From Gammaproteobacteria bacterium (GTDB lineage Bacteria; Pseudomonadota; Gammaproteobacteria; Burkholderiales; SG8-39): 41,319 nucleotides of DNA. This document shows, in pieces, positions 1-9,349 of the stretch (the first letter of the stretch is position 1; each line of letters begins with the position of its first letter). The translations under genes and the position numbers were made by a program. The stretch covers positions 1 to 41,319 of the forward strand of contig JBGOTT010000002.1 of NCBI GenBank assembly GCA_041476585.1. The letters are read 5' to 3'. Under the pieces are notes generated by a model. That model worked only from the letters and a program-made list of their open reading frames with translations, was not told where the DNA came from and did no database searches.

Positions 1-54
1 AAAGATACGCCAAACGACATCAACTCCTCCGGTCGTCCAAAGCGCGCGTAAGAT

Positions 55-366
55 CTATGACACATCAGCGCGCGTACCGCCAGCGGCGATCGCGAGCCGC
101 AGATGGTGCAGCGGATTGAATGGATGGCCCTGAGGGAACCGAAACGGCACGCCATGCGCGTCGGCCCAGTATTGGCACGCGCGATAGGTCCAGCGGCGTT
201 TTGACGCGATTTCCGCTGGCCCTTTCTGCCCCCAGTGCCCGAGCAAGCCGGCAAAAAGCACGGGCCTGAGTTCGATCGCAAGGTCGGCGGGCAGTTCACG
301 GAGGCGTCCGAAGCACAGGTAGGCATACGGCGAAACGAAATCGAAATACCAGGTGGCGGCACGCAC
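55..366 (-). CDS. DsbA-like 2-hydroxychromene-2-carboxylate isomerase family protein; only 103 aa, probably interrupted by an in-frame TAG
   Basis: N-terminus MRAATWYFDFVSPYAYL plus GHWGQKGPAEI and HPFNPL resemble the DsbA-like HCCA-isomerase family, which is usually about 200 aa. The ORF stops at TAG (55-57), but the same frame stays open for the remaining 18 codons to position 1 (ILRALWTTGGVDVVWRIF). Confidence 0.55.
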   Translation of the reverse strand: MRAATWYFDFVSPYAYLCFGRLRELPADLAIELRPVLFAGLLGHWGQKGPAEIASKRRWTYRACQYWADAHGVPFRFPQGHPFNPLHHLRLAIAAGGTRADVS

Positions 367-435
367 GGTTGAGCCTCAGAATTGCTCCACGGTTCCGCAT
401 TATTCACCCGCGCAAGGGCGCAGAGGGAGGGGTGC

Positions 436-1308
436 ATGAAGTTCAAGACGCTGCTATATTCGATTTCGGGCCGTATCGCGCGCATCACCCTGAACCGGCC
501 GGAGCGGCTGAACGCGATCGACGACAGAATGCCTGGCGAAATCCGCCGCGCGGTGCAAGCCGCGAACGCAGATGACGCGGCGCACGTGATCGTGCTCGCG
601 GGCGCGGGGCGGGCCTTCTGCGCCGGCTACGACCTCAAGAAGTTTGCCGAGGGGGATGCAACGAACCGCTGGACCCAGGACATGCCGTGGGATCCGATGC
701 GTGACTATCGCGGCATGAAGGCCAATACCGACGATTTTTTCTCGATCTGGCGCAGCTACAAGCCGGTGATCTGCAAGGTGCAGGGCTACGCGGTCGCCGG
801 CGGCTCGGACATCGCGTTGTGCGCCGACATCGTGGTGATGGCCGAGGACGCGAAAATCGGCTACATGCCGGCAAGAGTGTGGGGATGCCCGACCACGGCG
901 ATGTGGGTGTATCGCCTCGGCGCGGAGAAAGCCAAGCGCATGCTCCTTACCGGCGACACTATCGATGGCAGGACCGCGAAGTCATGGGGGCTGGTGTACG
1001 ACGCGGTCCCGGCGAAAAAGCTCGACGCGGCGGTCGAGGCGCTCGCCGAACGCATCGCCTCGGTGCCGCGCAGCCAGTTGATGATGCAGAAGCTGATGAT
1101 CAACCAGGCCTACGAGAACATGGGCCTCGCCAACACGCAGATGATCGCAACGCTGTTCGACGGCATCACGCGCCACTCGCCCGAGGGCATGTGGTTCAAG
1201 CGCGAAGCGGAGGCAAAGGGATTTCATGCCGCCGTCGCGTGGCGCGACGGCGGCAAGCCGATACCGGATGCTCGTGATCTTCACCCCAGGAAAAGGAGAC
1301 AGCGATGA
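436..1308 (+). CDS. enoyl-CoA hydratase/isomerase (crotonase) family protein
   Basis: Track ORF 382-1308. The internal ATG at 436 is preceded by [47 protein letters not shown] and [14 protein letters not shown] are crotonase-fold signatures. Confidence 0.85.
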   Translation: MKFKTLLYSISGRIARITLNRPERLNAIDDRMPGEIRRAVQAANADDAAHVIVLAGAGRAFCAGYDLKKFAEGDATNRWTQDMPWDPMRDYRGMKANTDDFFSIWRSYKPVICKVQGYAVAGGSDIALCADIVVMAEDAKIGYMPARVWGCPTTAMWVYRLGAEKAKRMLLTGDTIDGRTAKSWGLVYDAVPAKKLDAAVEALAERIASVPRSQLMMQKLMINQAYENMGLANTQMIATLFDGITRHSPEGMWFKREAEAKGFHAAVAWRDGGKPIPDARDLHPRKRRQR

Positions 1309-2135
1309 CGGTGCGCATCGAGAAGAGCGGCGCGGTGTGGACGGTGATCCACAGCCGTCCGGAAGCGCGGAACGCGATGGACCCGGCGAGCGCTGAGGCT
1401 CTGGTCGCGGCGTTCAATGAGTTCAATGAGGACGCGGGCGCATCGGTGGCGGTGCTATGGGGCGAGGGTGGCGCATTCTGCGCCGGTTTCGACCTGAAGC
1501 ACGCGGGGTCGTTGCAGGGCGCCGAGCGCCCGCTCGATGCGCCTGCGTATCCAGACGACGATGGTACGCCTCTGCGCCGCGGCCCGGAGTGGAATCGGGC
1601 CGCTCGCGGTCCGATGGGGCCCACCCGCATGGAGCTCGACAAGCCGGTGATCGCGGCGATCGCCGGGCCCGCCGTGGCGGGCGGTTTCGAATTGGCGTTG
1701 TGGTGCGACGTGCGCGTGATGGAAATCTCGGCCTACTTCGGCGTGTACTGCAGGCGCTGGGGCGTGCCGCTCATCGATGGCGGCACCGTGCGCCTGCCGC
1801 GCATCGTCGGTATAGGTCGCGCGATGGAGCTGATCCTCACGGGACGCAAGCTGCCGGCGGACGAGGCGATGCGGATCGGGGCCTGCGAGCAAGTCGTTCC
1901 CGATGGCGAATCGCGCGTGTACGCCGAAGCGATGGCGCACGACGTCGCGCGCTTTCCGCAGGTCTGCATGCGCGCCGATCGGCGCTCGGCGTACATGCAG
2001 CAGGGGCTCACGCAGCGCGAAGCGATGCGCTACGAGTGGGTGAACGGGACTCCAGCGTTCGCGGTCGAGGGCGTGCAGGGCGCGCAGCGCTTCGCATCGG
2101 GCAAGGGGCGCCATGGGAGCTTCAACGACACCTAG
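1305..2135 (+). CDS. enoyl-CoA hydratase/isomerase (crotonase) family protein
   Basis: ATGA overlap with the upstream gene and AAAAGGAGA RBS at 1291-1299. [19 protein letters not shown] and [18 protein letters not shown] motifs. Confidence 0.85.
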   Translation: MTVRIEKSGAVWTVIHSRPEARNAMDPASAEALVAAFNEFNEDAGASVAVLWGEGGAFCAGFDLKHAGSLQGAERPLDAPAYPDDDGTPLRRGPEWNRAARGPMGPTRMELDKPVIAAIAGPAVAGGFELALWCDVRVMEISAYFGVYCRRWGVPLIDGGTVRLPRIVGIGRAMELILTGRKLPADEAMRIGACEQVVPDGESRVYAEAMAHDVARFPQVCMRADRRSAYMQQGLTQREAMRYEWVNGTPAFAVEGVQGAQRFASGKGRHGSFNDT

Positions 2136-2299
2136 CGCCCGCGGCGCTACCGACGCTCAGGCCGATGGTTTGGGCGGCTTCAATCCGATCGAATTCGCTT
2201 CAATCTATCGGCTGGGATCCTCAAGCCGCCCGCGTCGATTCGGTCTCTGGCAGGTTCTACGCGTTACCAAAAAGTCGTGCCAGGTCGCACCAAAGCCAT

Positions 2300-2355
2300 A
2301 TTAAAGTTGATTCTTAGGCAAGTTGCATAATACTACGTTTTTGTGCTAATTTATC
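2300..2355 (+). promoter_or_regulatory. AT-rich putative sigma-70 promoter region upstream of the EPS export gene
   Basis: This is the only AT-rich stretch in the 327-nt intergenic gap. It holds TTGCAT (2323-2328) - N18 - TAATTT (2347-2352). An alternative is TTGATT (2307-2312) - N15 - TAATAC (2328-2333). Pattern match only. Confidence 0.3.
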
Positions 2356-2462
2356 CAAGCAGTTAGTGTCGCGGCAGGTCGGGAACCCTAAACCGATGGC
2401 TGGCCGACCTGGGCAAGTCTAGAATCGCCGCGAGCGACATCATTTTTGAAGGGGGACATGCC

Positions 2463-3077
2463 GTGAGTGTCAAGCGCTTGGCGGGTTTGGGGTTGATGGC
2501 TCTGATGCTCGGTCTGGGAGGGTGCGCCGCGGTCTATCCGCCAGCGCCGGCCGAGATCGAGCAGTTCGAACCGCAGTACCTGATTGGCCCGGGGGATACC
2601 ATCAACATCCAAGTCTGGCGCAATCCGGAGCTTTCGATGCCGTTAGTTTTCGTCCGGCCGGATGGCAAGGTCACGACTCCACTGGTGGAGGACGTGCCGG
2701 CAAGCGGCAAGACCCCTACGCAGCTTGCGAGGGAAATCGAAAAGGCCCTTTCAAAGTACATTCAAAGCCCGGTGGTCACGGTCATGGTCACCCGCTTCCT
2801 TGGTCCCTACAGCGAACAGATTCGCGTCGTTGGAGAGGCGGCAAAGCCGCAGATCGTGAGCTACCAGGAGAACATGACGCTGCTCGATGTCATGATCGTT
2901 GTGGGCGGCATCACCGATTTCGCGGACGGGAACAGGGCAAGCATCCTGCGCGTCGCCGGAGGCACGACCGAGCGGCTCGGGGTGCGGCTGAGAGATCTGC
3001 TGAGGAGAGGCGATCTGTCGGCGAACGTGGCGATGCGCCCCGGCGATGTCCTCATCATTCCACAAAGCTTTTTCTAG
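2463..3077 (+). CDS. polysaccharide export lipoprotein (Wza-like Poly_export + SLBB), PEP-CTERM-locus type
   Basis: GTG start after AAGGGGGA. Lipoprotein signal with lipobox LGLGGC. YLIGPGDTINIQVWRNPELS is the Poly_export motif. The SLBB-like part is VVGEAAKPQIVSYQENMTLLDVMIVVGG. Confidence 0.85.
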   Translation: MSVKRLAGLGLMALMLGLGGCAAVYPPAPAEIEQFEPQYLIGPGDTINIQVWRNPELSMPLVFVRPDGKVTTPLVEDVPASGKTPTQLAREIEKALSKYIQSPVVTVMVTRFLGPYSEQIRVVGEAAKPQIVSYQENMTLLDVMIVVGGITDFADGNRASILRVAGGTTERLGVRLRDLLRRGDLSANVAMRPGDVLIIPQSFF

Positions 3078-3227
3078 ACGTCAGGATCGGGCCGGCGTGG
3101 CGAGAAATCGGAAGTTCCGACGAGTTTCCAACCGATGTTCAGGTCCAGCCGCTCGCGAGAGCGCAGCAGGTCCGACGAACTCTGACGCCTTTGCGGACTC
3201 TCACTCCAGCGAGTAGGACTCCGTGGT

Positions 3228-3243
3228 TGGCATGGAACTTGCT
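3228..3243 (+). promoter_or_regulatory. candidate sigma-54 (RpoN) -24/-12 promoter
   Basis: TGGCATGGAACTTGCT versus consensus TGGCACG-N4-TTGCW. The GG (3229-3230) and GC (3241-3242) have the exact 12-nt register. It lies about 60 nt upstream of the chain-length determinant start. Confidence 0.6.
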
Positions 3244-3302
3244 TACCACGCTTGGTTAAGCTTCGTCGCGTTTAGACGATATAACAGCCCGAGGATTTGA
3301 AA

Positions 3303-4877
3303 ATGCACGAACTGGCCGCCCAACTTCTATCCCACCTGAGGGCGATCTGGCGGTACCGGTGGCACGCCGTAGTCTTCGCTTGGGTCGCTGCAATCGCGGG
3401 TTGGATTGCCGTGCAACAGATGCCAGACAGCTATGCAGCGTCTGCCCGCGTCTACGTGGATACTCAGTCCGTGCTGAGACCACTGCTTGCAGGTCTTGCG
3501 GTGCAGCCCAACGTCGATCAGATCGTCTCAATGATGAGCCGGACCTTGATCAGCCGCCCGAACCTGGAGAAGGTGATCCGGATGGCTGACATGGACATCA
3601 AGCTCAAGACCCCTGAAGACCGCGAGCAAATGATCAACCAATTGGCCAAGGGTCTCACGATCGGAGGCACTGGCCGCGATAATCTGTACACCATCTCCTA
3701 CAGCAACCCGAACCCCCAGGAGGCGAAGCGGGTTGTGCAGTCGCTGCTGACGATCTTCGTCGAAGGGAGCCTCGGCGACAAACGCAAGGACTCCGACTCG
3801 GCGCGCCGTTTTATCGACGAACAACTCAAAACCTATAGTGAAAAACTCGTGGCCGCCGAGTCTGCCGTGACCGAGTTCAAGCGCCAGCATCTGGGGCTGA
3901 TGCCCGGCGAAGGCGGGGGCTACTATGGACAACTGGTGCAAGCAAAGGTGGCCATGGAACAGGCCATGCTGGAATTCAAGGAAGCTGAGAACGCGCGCGA
4001 CGCAATCAAGAAACAGCTTACCGGCGAGACGCCGTCGCTCCTGAGCGATCCGGGCGCCGCCGCGCCCGAGGCACCCAGCCCCGAGATCGATGGCCGCGTC
4101 CTGGGGCTCCAGCAGAAGCTGGACATCCTGCGGCTCAACTACACCGAGCAGCATCCGGATATCGTCGCCATCCTGCGCACCATCGCTCAGTTGAAAGAGC
4201 AGAAAAAGGCAGAGGCTGAATTGAAAGAGAAGAAGAGGGCGGAAGCAAAGCCCGGGAAGCCAGCCCCGACGCCGACTGAGGCCCGGGACCCCTTGTATCA
4301 GCAACTGAACCTCGCGGTGGCGGAGGTCGAAGCGAGGGTGGCTGCCATGAAGGCCCGGGTGGCGGAATACGAAAAACGCTACAACGAATTGAAAGCGTCG
4401 GTCAACTCCTTACCCCAGATCGAAGCGGAGTTCAAACAACTCACGCGGGATTACGAGGTGACCAAGAGAAACTATGAGCAACTGTTGTCGCGGCGCGAAT
4501 CTGCCCAGATCTCGGGGGAGATGGAAGCCAATACCAGCGTCATGGACTTCCGCGTGATCGATCCGCCCCAAGTGCCGTCAACGCCCGTTGCGCCAAATCG
4601 CCCGCTGCTGATGTCGTTGGTTTTGCTGGCCGCGCTCGCAGGCGGGATCGCCTTTGCCTTTCTGATCAGCCAGCTCAAGCCGACGATTCAGGACGAGCGC
4701 GGACTGCGCGAGATCAGCGGACTGCCCGTGCTCGGTTCAGTGATCATGGCCTGGACGGATGCGCAGCGGGCGAAATTGAAGAAAGGGCTGATCGGATTCG
4801 CGCTTTCCGTTGTGAGCCTGCTTTCGGCCTATGGCGCCATCATGGCGGTGCTTATGCTGTCGACAGCGAGGACCTAG
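3303..4877 (+). CDS. polysaccharide chain-length determinant (PCP/Wzz-like), PEP-CTERM locus subfamily
   Basis: ATG at 3303 lies 7 nt after GAGGA (the track ORF begins at TTG 3297). An N-terminal TM segment (AVVFAWVAAIAGWIAV) is followed by a long coiled-coil middle, then a C-terminal TM segment (LLMSLVLLAALAGGIAFAFLI). This is typical Wzz/PCP topology. Confidence 0.85.
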   Translation: MHELAAQLLSHLRAIWRYRWHAVVFAWVAAIAGWIAVQQMPDSYAASARVYVDTQSVLRPLLAGLAVQPNVDQIVSMMSRTLISRPNLEKVIRMADMDIKLKTPEDREQMINQLAKGLTIGGTGRDNLYTISYSNPNPQEAKRVVQSLLTIFVEGSLGDKRKDSDSARRFIDEQLKTYSEKLVAAESAVTEFKRQHLGLMPGEGGGYYGQLVQAKVAMEQAMLEFKEAENARDAIKKQLTGETPSLLSDPGAAAPEAPSPEIDGRVLGLQQKLDILRLNYTEQHPDIVAILRTIAQLKEQKKAEAELKEKKRAEAKPGKPAPTPTEARDPLYQQLNLAVAEVEARVAAMKARVAEYEKRYNELKASVNSLPQIEAEFKQLTRDYEVTKRNYEQLLSRRESAQISGEMEANTSVMDFRVIDPPQVPSTPVAPNRPLLMSLVLLAALAGGIAFAFLISQLKPTIQDERGLREISGLPVLGSVIMAWTDAQRAKLKKGLIGFALSVVSLLSAYGAIMAVLMLSTART

Positions 4878-4878
4878 C

Positions 4879-5766
4879 ATGAGTATCGTTGAAAGAGCGG
4901 CAGAAATCCGCGCGCCGTTTCCCGCGGCGCCGGACCTGATCGAGCGGGCAGTGAGCAGCAAGAGCCCGCGCCCCGATTCGGCGAACGACCGGAACCTCGC
5001 GAAGAGATCGACGGCTGAGGCCGTAGCCGAGCGATCCAACCGGAAGGCTCCCCGAATCCTCAAGATCAATCAGGACTGGCTGCGCCAGCAAAGCATTGTC
5101 ACGCCAGCCGGCGAACGAACCGCGATCGGCGAGAGTTTCAGGCGCGTCAAGCGGCAGATCCTTGCGAACGTGGCCAACCTTGGCGCTGGCGCGCCCACCA
5201 ACCTCGTCATGGTGACGAGTTCCCTCGAGGGCGAAGGCAAGACGTTTTGCGCTAGCAATCTTGCGATCAGCATCGCCATGGAGATGGACCGCACGGTGCT
5301 GCTGGTGGACGCTGACGTAGCCAAGCCGTCCGTTCCACGGACGCTCGGCATCGAGGTGGGAAAGGGATTGATGGACGTGCTGCTCGACCCGAGCATCGAC
5401 CTGGCCGATGTCATGTGGCGAACCGACATCGAGAAGTTGTCGATCCTTCCGGCCGGCACAGGGCACCGGCGCGCCACCGAGTTGCTCGCGAGCGAACGGA
5501 TGCGTGCGCTGCTCACGGAAATGGCGACGCGCTACCACGACCGAGTCATCATATTCGACTCTCCACCGCTGTTGGCCGCAAGCGAGGCTGGCGTCCTGGC
5601 GAGCTACATGGGACAGATCGTCATGGTCGTGGAGGCGGGGAAGACGACCGAGCACGACCTCAAGGACGCGCTGCGCCGTATCGAGTCGTGCGACATCGTC
5701 GGCGTGCTGCTCAACAAAGGAGGGGCCCCGAACTTGGGGTACTACTATGGCGCCTATGGCGCATAG
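4879..5766 (+). CDS. BY-kinase-like ATPase (exopolysaccharide tyrosine autokinase), PEP-CTERM locus type
   Basis: ATG at 4879 lies 1 nt after the upstream stop. Walker A SLEGEGKT, Walker A' LLVDADVAKPS and Walker B IIFDSPPLL are present. The C-terminal Tyr cluster is GYYYGAYGA. Confidence 0.85.
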   Translation: MSIVERAAEIRAPFPAAPDLIERAVSSKSPRPDSANDRNLAKRSTAEAVAERSNRKAPRILKINQDWLRQQSIVTPAGERTAIGESFRRVKRQILANVANLGAGAPTNLVMVTSSLEGEGKTFCASNLAISIAMEMDRTVLLVDADVAKPSVPRTLGIEVGKGLMDVLLDPSIDLADVMWRTDIEKLSILPAGTGHRRATELLASERMRALLTEMATRYHDRVIIFDSPPLLAASEAGVLASYMGQIVMVVEAGKTTEHDLKDALRRIESCDIVGVLLNKGGAPNLGYYYGAYGA

Positions 5767-7279
5767 CAGGACCCTGCTCCTTTCGTTGTCTGCGGCCATA
5801 CCGGCACTGGTCGCCGGTCCGATCTGGGCGGCCAAGTGGGAGATCCATCCCACGCTGTCGACGGAGGCGACCTATACGGACAACGTGGCGCTTGCACCTG
5901 CCGGGTCGGAAAAACGCGACTGGGTCACACAAGTCACGCCCGGGATTTCGGTAAATGCCACCGGAGCCCAGCTGCGGTTCAACGCCACCTACGGTGCGCA
6001 GTTTCTGAACCGCGCCGAGACCGGAGGCGGTGGCGTAAACCACCAATTCAGCGGCAGCGGGAACGCGGAGCTGGTGAAGCGGGTCCTCTTCGTGGACGCC
6101 ACCGGTTCGGTCTCGCAGCAAAACGTTTCCCTGCTTGGCCCGCAGGCCGATAGCAACATCAATAACACGGGAAACCGCGCGACCGTGCGGGTGTTTTCTG
6201 TAAGTCCGTATCTGCGTCAGGATTTCGGCTACAGCGCGCAAGGAGAGTTGCGGCTCACGCACAGCACAGCGAGTACCTCTGACACCACCAGCCTCGCAAG
6301 CACCCAGTCGAACGGGCTCAACATGCGGGTCTCAAGCGGCCCGGCGTTCAAGCTATACACGTGGAATGTTTCCTATAGCAGGAACAGCATCGATTCCACG
6401 GGTCAACCGCCGGTCACCACCGAAACGTTCACAGCGGGTGGACGGCGGCTGATCACCCCCCAGGTGGCTTTGACAGCTAGCACGGGCTACGAGAAAAGCG
6501 ATTACGTGGCGATTGGAAATGCGCCCAGCGGATCGTTCTGGAATGCGGGGCTCGAATGGACTCCGACGCCTCGCACGCGTCTCGCCGCCGGCATCGGCCA
6601 TCGCTACTTCGGCAGCACCCGCTCTCTCGACTTCAGCCACCGCTCGCGGCTCACGACGTGGAGCGCCGGCTACAGCGAGGACATCACCACTACGCTGGGG
6701 CAGGCCCTAGTGCCTTCGAGCGTCAGCACGGCGGGCTATCTCGACACGTTGTTCTTGTCCAGTGTTCCCGATCCGGTAGAACGTCAGAAGGCTGTTCAGG
6801 CATTTATCGCGCAGAACGCGCTTCCGCCGAGCCTGAGCGTTCCTCTCAATTTCCTCACCACCCAGACGATCCTGACGAAACGCTTGCAGGCATCGGTCGG
6901 CATCCAGGGAATCCGCAACACGGTGCTGACCAACGTATTCAGGCAGACCAGCGAATCGCTGGCTGCCGGCGTGTCGCTGTCCGGGCAGGGGGACTTCGCA
7001 TCCAGCAACAACGTCCAGCAGACCGGGGCGAGCGCTCTTTGGAACTGGCGCGTCGGGACACAGACGGCCGCCAACCTGACCGCAAGCTATATCCGCAACG
7101 AGTTTCCAGGCCTCGACCGCAGGGACGATGTGAAATCCGTCCTGCTGAGCGTCAACCGGCAGTTCCTGCCGCGAGTGTCCGGATCTCTGAACTACCGCAG
7201 TCTGCGAAATGATTCCAGCGTGAGCAGCGCCGCGTACAGGGAAAATGCAGTTACGGCGGCAGTCAACCTGAGGTACTGA
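5747..7279 (+). CDS. PEP-CTERM-system-associated outer-membrane beta-barrel protein
   Basis: Track ORF 5408-7279. Plausible starts are ATG 5747 or 5756, both inside the end of the kinase gene. Signal peptide MAHSRTLLLSLSAAIPALVAGPIWA. The composition is Ser/Thr/Asn/Gly-rich with an alternating pattern. The C-terminal AVNLRY ends in an aromatic residue, as in OMPs. Confidence 0.75.
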   Translation: MAPMAHSRTLLLSLSAAIPALVAGPIWAAKWEIHPTLSTEATYTDNVALAPAGSEKRDWVTQVTPGISVNATGAQLRFNATYGAQFLNRAETGGGGVNHQFSGSGNAELVKRVLFVDATGSVSQQNVSLLGPQADSNINNTGNRATVRVFSVSPYLRQDFGYSAQGELRLTHSTASTSDTTSLASTQSNGLNMRVSSGPAFKLYTWNVSYSRNSIDSTGQPPVTTETFTAGGRRLITPQVALTASTGYEKSDYVAIGNAPSGSFWNAGLEWTPTPRTRLAAGIGHRYFGSTRSLDFSHRSRLTTWSAGYSEDITTTLGQALVPSSVSTAGYLDTLFLSSVPDPVERQKAVQAFIAQNALPPSLSVPLNFLTTQTILTKRLQASVGIQGIRNTVLTNVFRQTSESLAAGVSLSGQGDFASSNNVQQTGASALWNWRVGTQTAANLTASYIRNEFPGLDRRDDVKSVLLSVNRQFLPRVSGSLNYRSLRNDSSVSSAAYRENAVTAAVNLRY

Positions 7280-7285
7280 CGTTTC

Positions 7286-8140
7286 ATGTACGAAGCTTTC
7301 TACCGCCTCCGCATCAAGCCGTTTCAGCTCAGCCCTGATCCGCGGTTTTTTTTCTCCAGCAAGGGCCACAAACGCGCCATGGCCTACCTGGAGTACGGCG
7401 TGCAGCAGGGCGAAGGGTTCATCGTGATCACCGGAGAGATCGGCGCCGGCAAGACGATGCTCGCCCGCACCCTTGCCCGCAAGCTGGAAGCTGCGAACAA
7501 CGTCGTGCTGGCCCAGGTGGTGAGCACCCAGCTCGAAGCCGACGATATGTTGCGCATGGTCGCCGCGGGGTTCGGGCTGCCTGACGAGAACAGCAAGGCG
7601 GTGTTGCTGAAAAAGCTTGAGCAGCGTCTGCTCGGCATACATTCCCAGGGCAAGCGCGCGCTCCTGGTGGTGGACGAAGCGCAGAATCTTCCGCCCAGGT
7701 CGGTGGAGGAATTGCGCATGCTGTCGAATTTCCAGAGCGGCGAAAAGCCGCTGCTGCAGAGCTTCCTGCTGGGCCAGCCGGAGTTCCGCAGAACGCTGCA
7801 GGACGCCTCGATGGAGCAACTCAGGCAGCGGGTCATCGCCTCATGCCACCTGGGTCCGCTGGACGCCGCCGCGGAAACCCAAGGGTATATCGTGCATCGG
7901 CTGCAGACGGCTGGCTGGCGCGGCGATCCTTCGTTCAGCGAGGATGCCTTCGCTGCCATTCATGTATACAGCGGAGGCATTCCGCGCAAGATCAACGTTC
8001 TCTGCGACCGCCTGCTGCTGTTGGGCCGCCTGGACAAGAAGCATGAGTTCAGCGGAAAGCAGGTAGCCGAAGTGGTCGACGAACTGCTGCAGGAGTTTGC
8101 GCCCCCGATGCTGCAGGCCAGCCGCGCGGGAGCGGGCTGA
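7286..8140 (+). CDS. ExeA-like AAA ATPase (putative secretion ATPase, PEP-CTERM locus subfamily)
   Basis: MYEAFYRLRIKPFQLSPDPRFFF matches ExeA/GspA-like N-termini. Walker A is GEIGAGKT and Walker B is LLVVDEAQNL. Confidence 0.85.
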   Translation: MYEAFYRLRIKPFQLSPDPRFFFSSKGHKRAMAYLEYGVQQGEGFIVITGEIGAGKTMLARTLARKLEAANNVVLAQVVSTQLEADDMLRMVAAGFGLPDENSKAVLLKKLEQRLLGIHSQGKRALLVVDEAQNLPPRSVEELRMLSNFQSGEKPLLQSFLLGQPEFRRTLQDASMEQLRQRVIASCHLGPLDAAAETQGYIVHRLQTAGWRGDPSFSEDAFAAIHVYSGGIPRKINVLCDRLLLLGRLDKKHEFSGKQVAEVVDELLQEFAPPMLQASRAGAG

Positions 8141-9294
8141 TGCGATCGCGCAATCGTGGCGCCCGCATTCTCTGCGTGGTGGGTGCGCGACCGAACTTCA
8201 TGAAGATCGCCCCGGTCATCCGGGCGATGCAGGGCGCTACGCCGCCTTTGCCGGTGCGGCTCTTGCACACCGGGCAACACTACGACGCGGAGATGAACAG
8301 CCAGTACTTCGAGGCGCTTGGAATACCGGACCCGGACATCAATCTCGGCGTGGGATCGGCCTCTCACGCGGTGCAGACCGCCGAGGTGATGCGGCGCTTC
8401 GAACCGGTCCTGGACCAGGAGCAGCCCGCAGCGGTGCTGGTGGTGGGGGATGTGAATTCGACGCTCGCGTGCGCGCTGGTGGCGGCCAAGAAAGGTGTGG
8501 CGGTGATTCATGTCGAAGCGGGACTGCGCAGCTTCGACCGGGACATGCCGGAGGAAATCAACCGCGTGCTGACCGATCAGATCTCGGATCTGCTGTTTAC
8601 CACTGAGAAGAGCGCGCGCGAAAACCTGCTGCGCGAAGGCATTTCCGAATCGCGCATCCACTTCGCCGGCAACGTCATGATCGACACGCTGCGCGACAAC
8701 CTGAAGCGGGCCGTGCCATCCACGCAGACCTTCAACCGGCACGGCGCTCCGGGGGATTGGGGGCGAAGCGGCTTTGCTGTACTCACGATGCACCGACCCT
8801 CCAACGTGGATGACGCCGCCACGCTGCGTTCGCTGCTGGGTGCGATTCGGGACGTCAGCCGCCGGGTTCCGGTGGTCTTCCCGATGCACCCCAGGACCCG
8901 CACCAAGATCGAGCAGCACGGACTGGGCAGCATGCTCGATGAGGGCTCGATCCTCAAGCTCCCGCCGCTGGGTTATCTGGAAATGCTGGGACTGATGCAG
9001 GCGGCGCGGCTGGTGCTGACCGACTCGGGCGGCATCCAGGAGGAAACCACCGCACTGGGTGTCCCGTGCATCACGCTGCGCGACAACACCGAGCGACCGA
9101 TTACCGTCGAGCAAGGCACCAATACCCTGGCAGGACAGAATCCGGCACGCATTCTTGCCGTGGTGGACGACGTCTTACGCAACGCGGGAAAAGCCGGAAG
9201 GATTCCCGAGCTATGGGACGGCCGGGCTTCACAGCGCATTGCGGCCGTCATGCGCGACTGGCTGGATGGCGCGGCCGAGCGGCTGGTCGCGTAA
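8140..9294 (+). CDS. wecB: UDP-N-acetylglucosamine 2-epimerase (non-hydrolysing)
   Basis: TGATG 1-nt overlap with the upstream gene. Motifs: VVGARPNFMKIAPV, HTGQHYD, VHVEAGLRSFD, PEEINR and DSGGIQEE. Confidence 0.9.
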   Translation: MRSRNRGARILCVVGARPNFMKIAPVIRAMQGATPPLPVRLLHTGQHYDAEMNSQYFEALGIPDPDINLGVGSASHAVQTAEVMRRFEPVLDQEQPAAVLVVGDVNSTLACALVAAKKGVAVIHVEAGLRSFDRDMPEEINRVLTDQISDLLFTTEKSARENLLREGISESRIHFAGNVMIDTLRDNLKRAVPSTQTFNRHGAPGDWGRSGFAVLTMHRPSNVDDAATLRSLLGAIRDVSRRVPVVFPMHPRTRTKIEQHGLGSMLDEGSILKLPPLGYLEMLGLMQAARLVLTDSGGIQEETTALGVPCITLRDNTERPITVEQGTNTLAGQNPARILAVVDDVLRNAGKAGRIPELWDGRASQRIAAVMRDWLDGAAERLVA

Positions 9295-9349
9295 CCCCGC
9301 AAGCTGAGTGATCCGCGGTTCGCCGAAAGCGGAACGCGGAGATATTCCC

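Noticed and set aside
2134-2148. Hairpin AGCGCC-CGC-GGCGCT at the end of the second crotonase gene as a possible terminator
   Set aside because: The 6-bp stem has a 3-nt loop, overlaps the stop codon and has no downstream T-tract. It is not a convincing intrinsic terminator.
2248-2263. sigma-54-like TGGCAGGTTCTACGCG
   Set aside because: The GG/GC spacing is correct, but the -12 region is ACGCG instead of TTGCW, and the site lies about 200 nt from the start codon. It is too weak to call without a PWM score or TSS data.
2401-2416. sigma-54-like TGGCCGACCTGGGCA upstream of the export gene
   Set aside because: The GG-to-GC register is 11 nt instead of the invariant 12, and there is no TTGC element.
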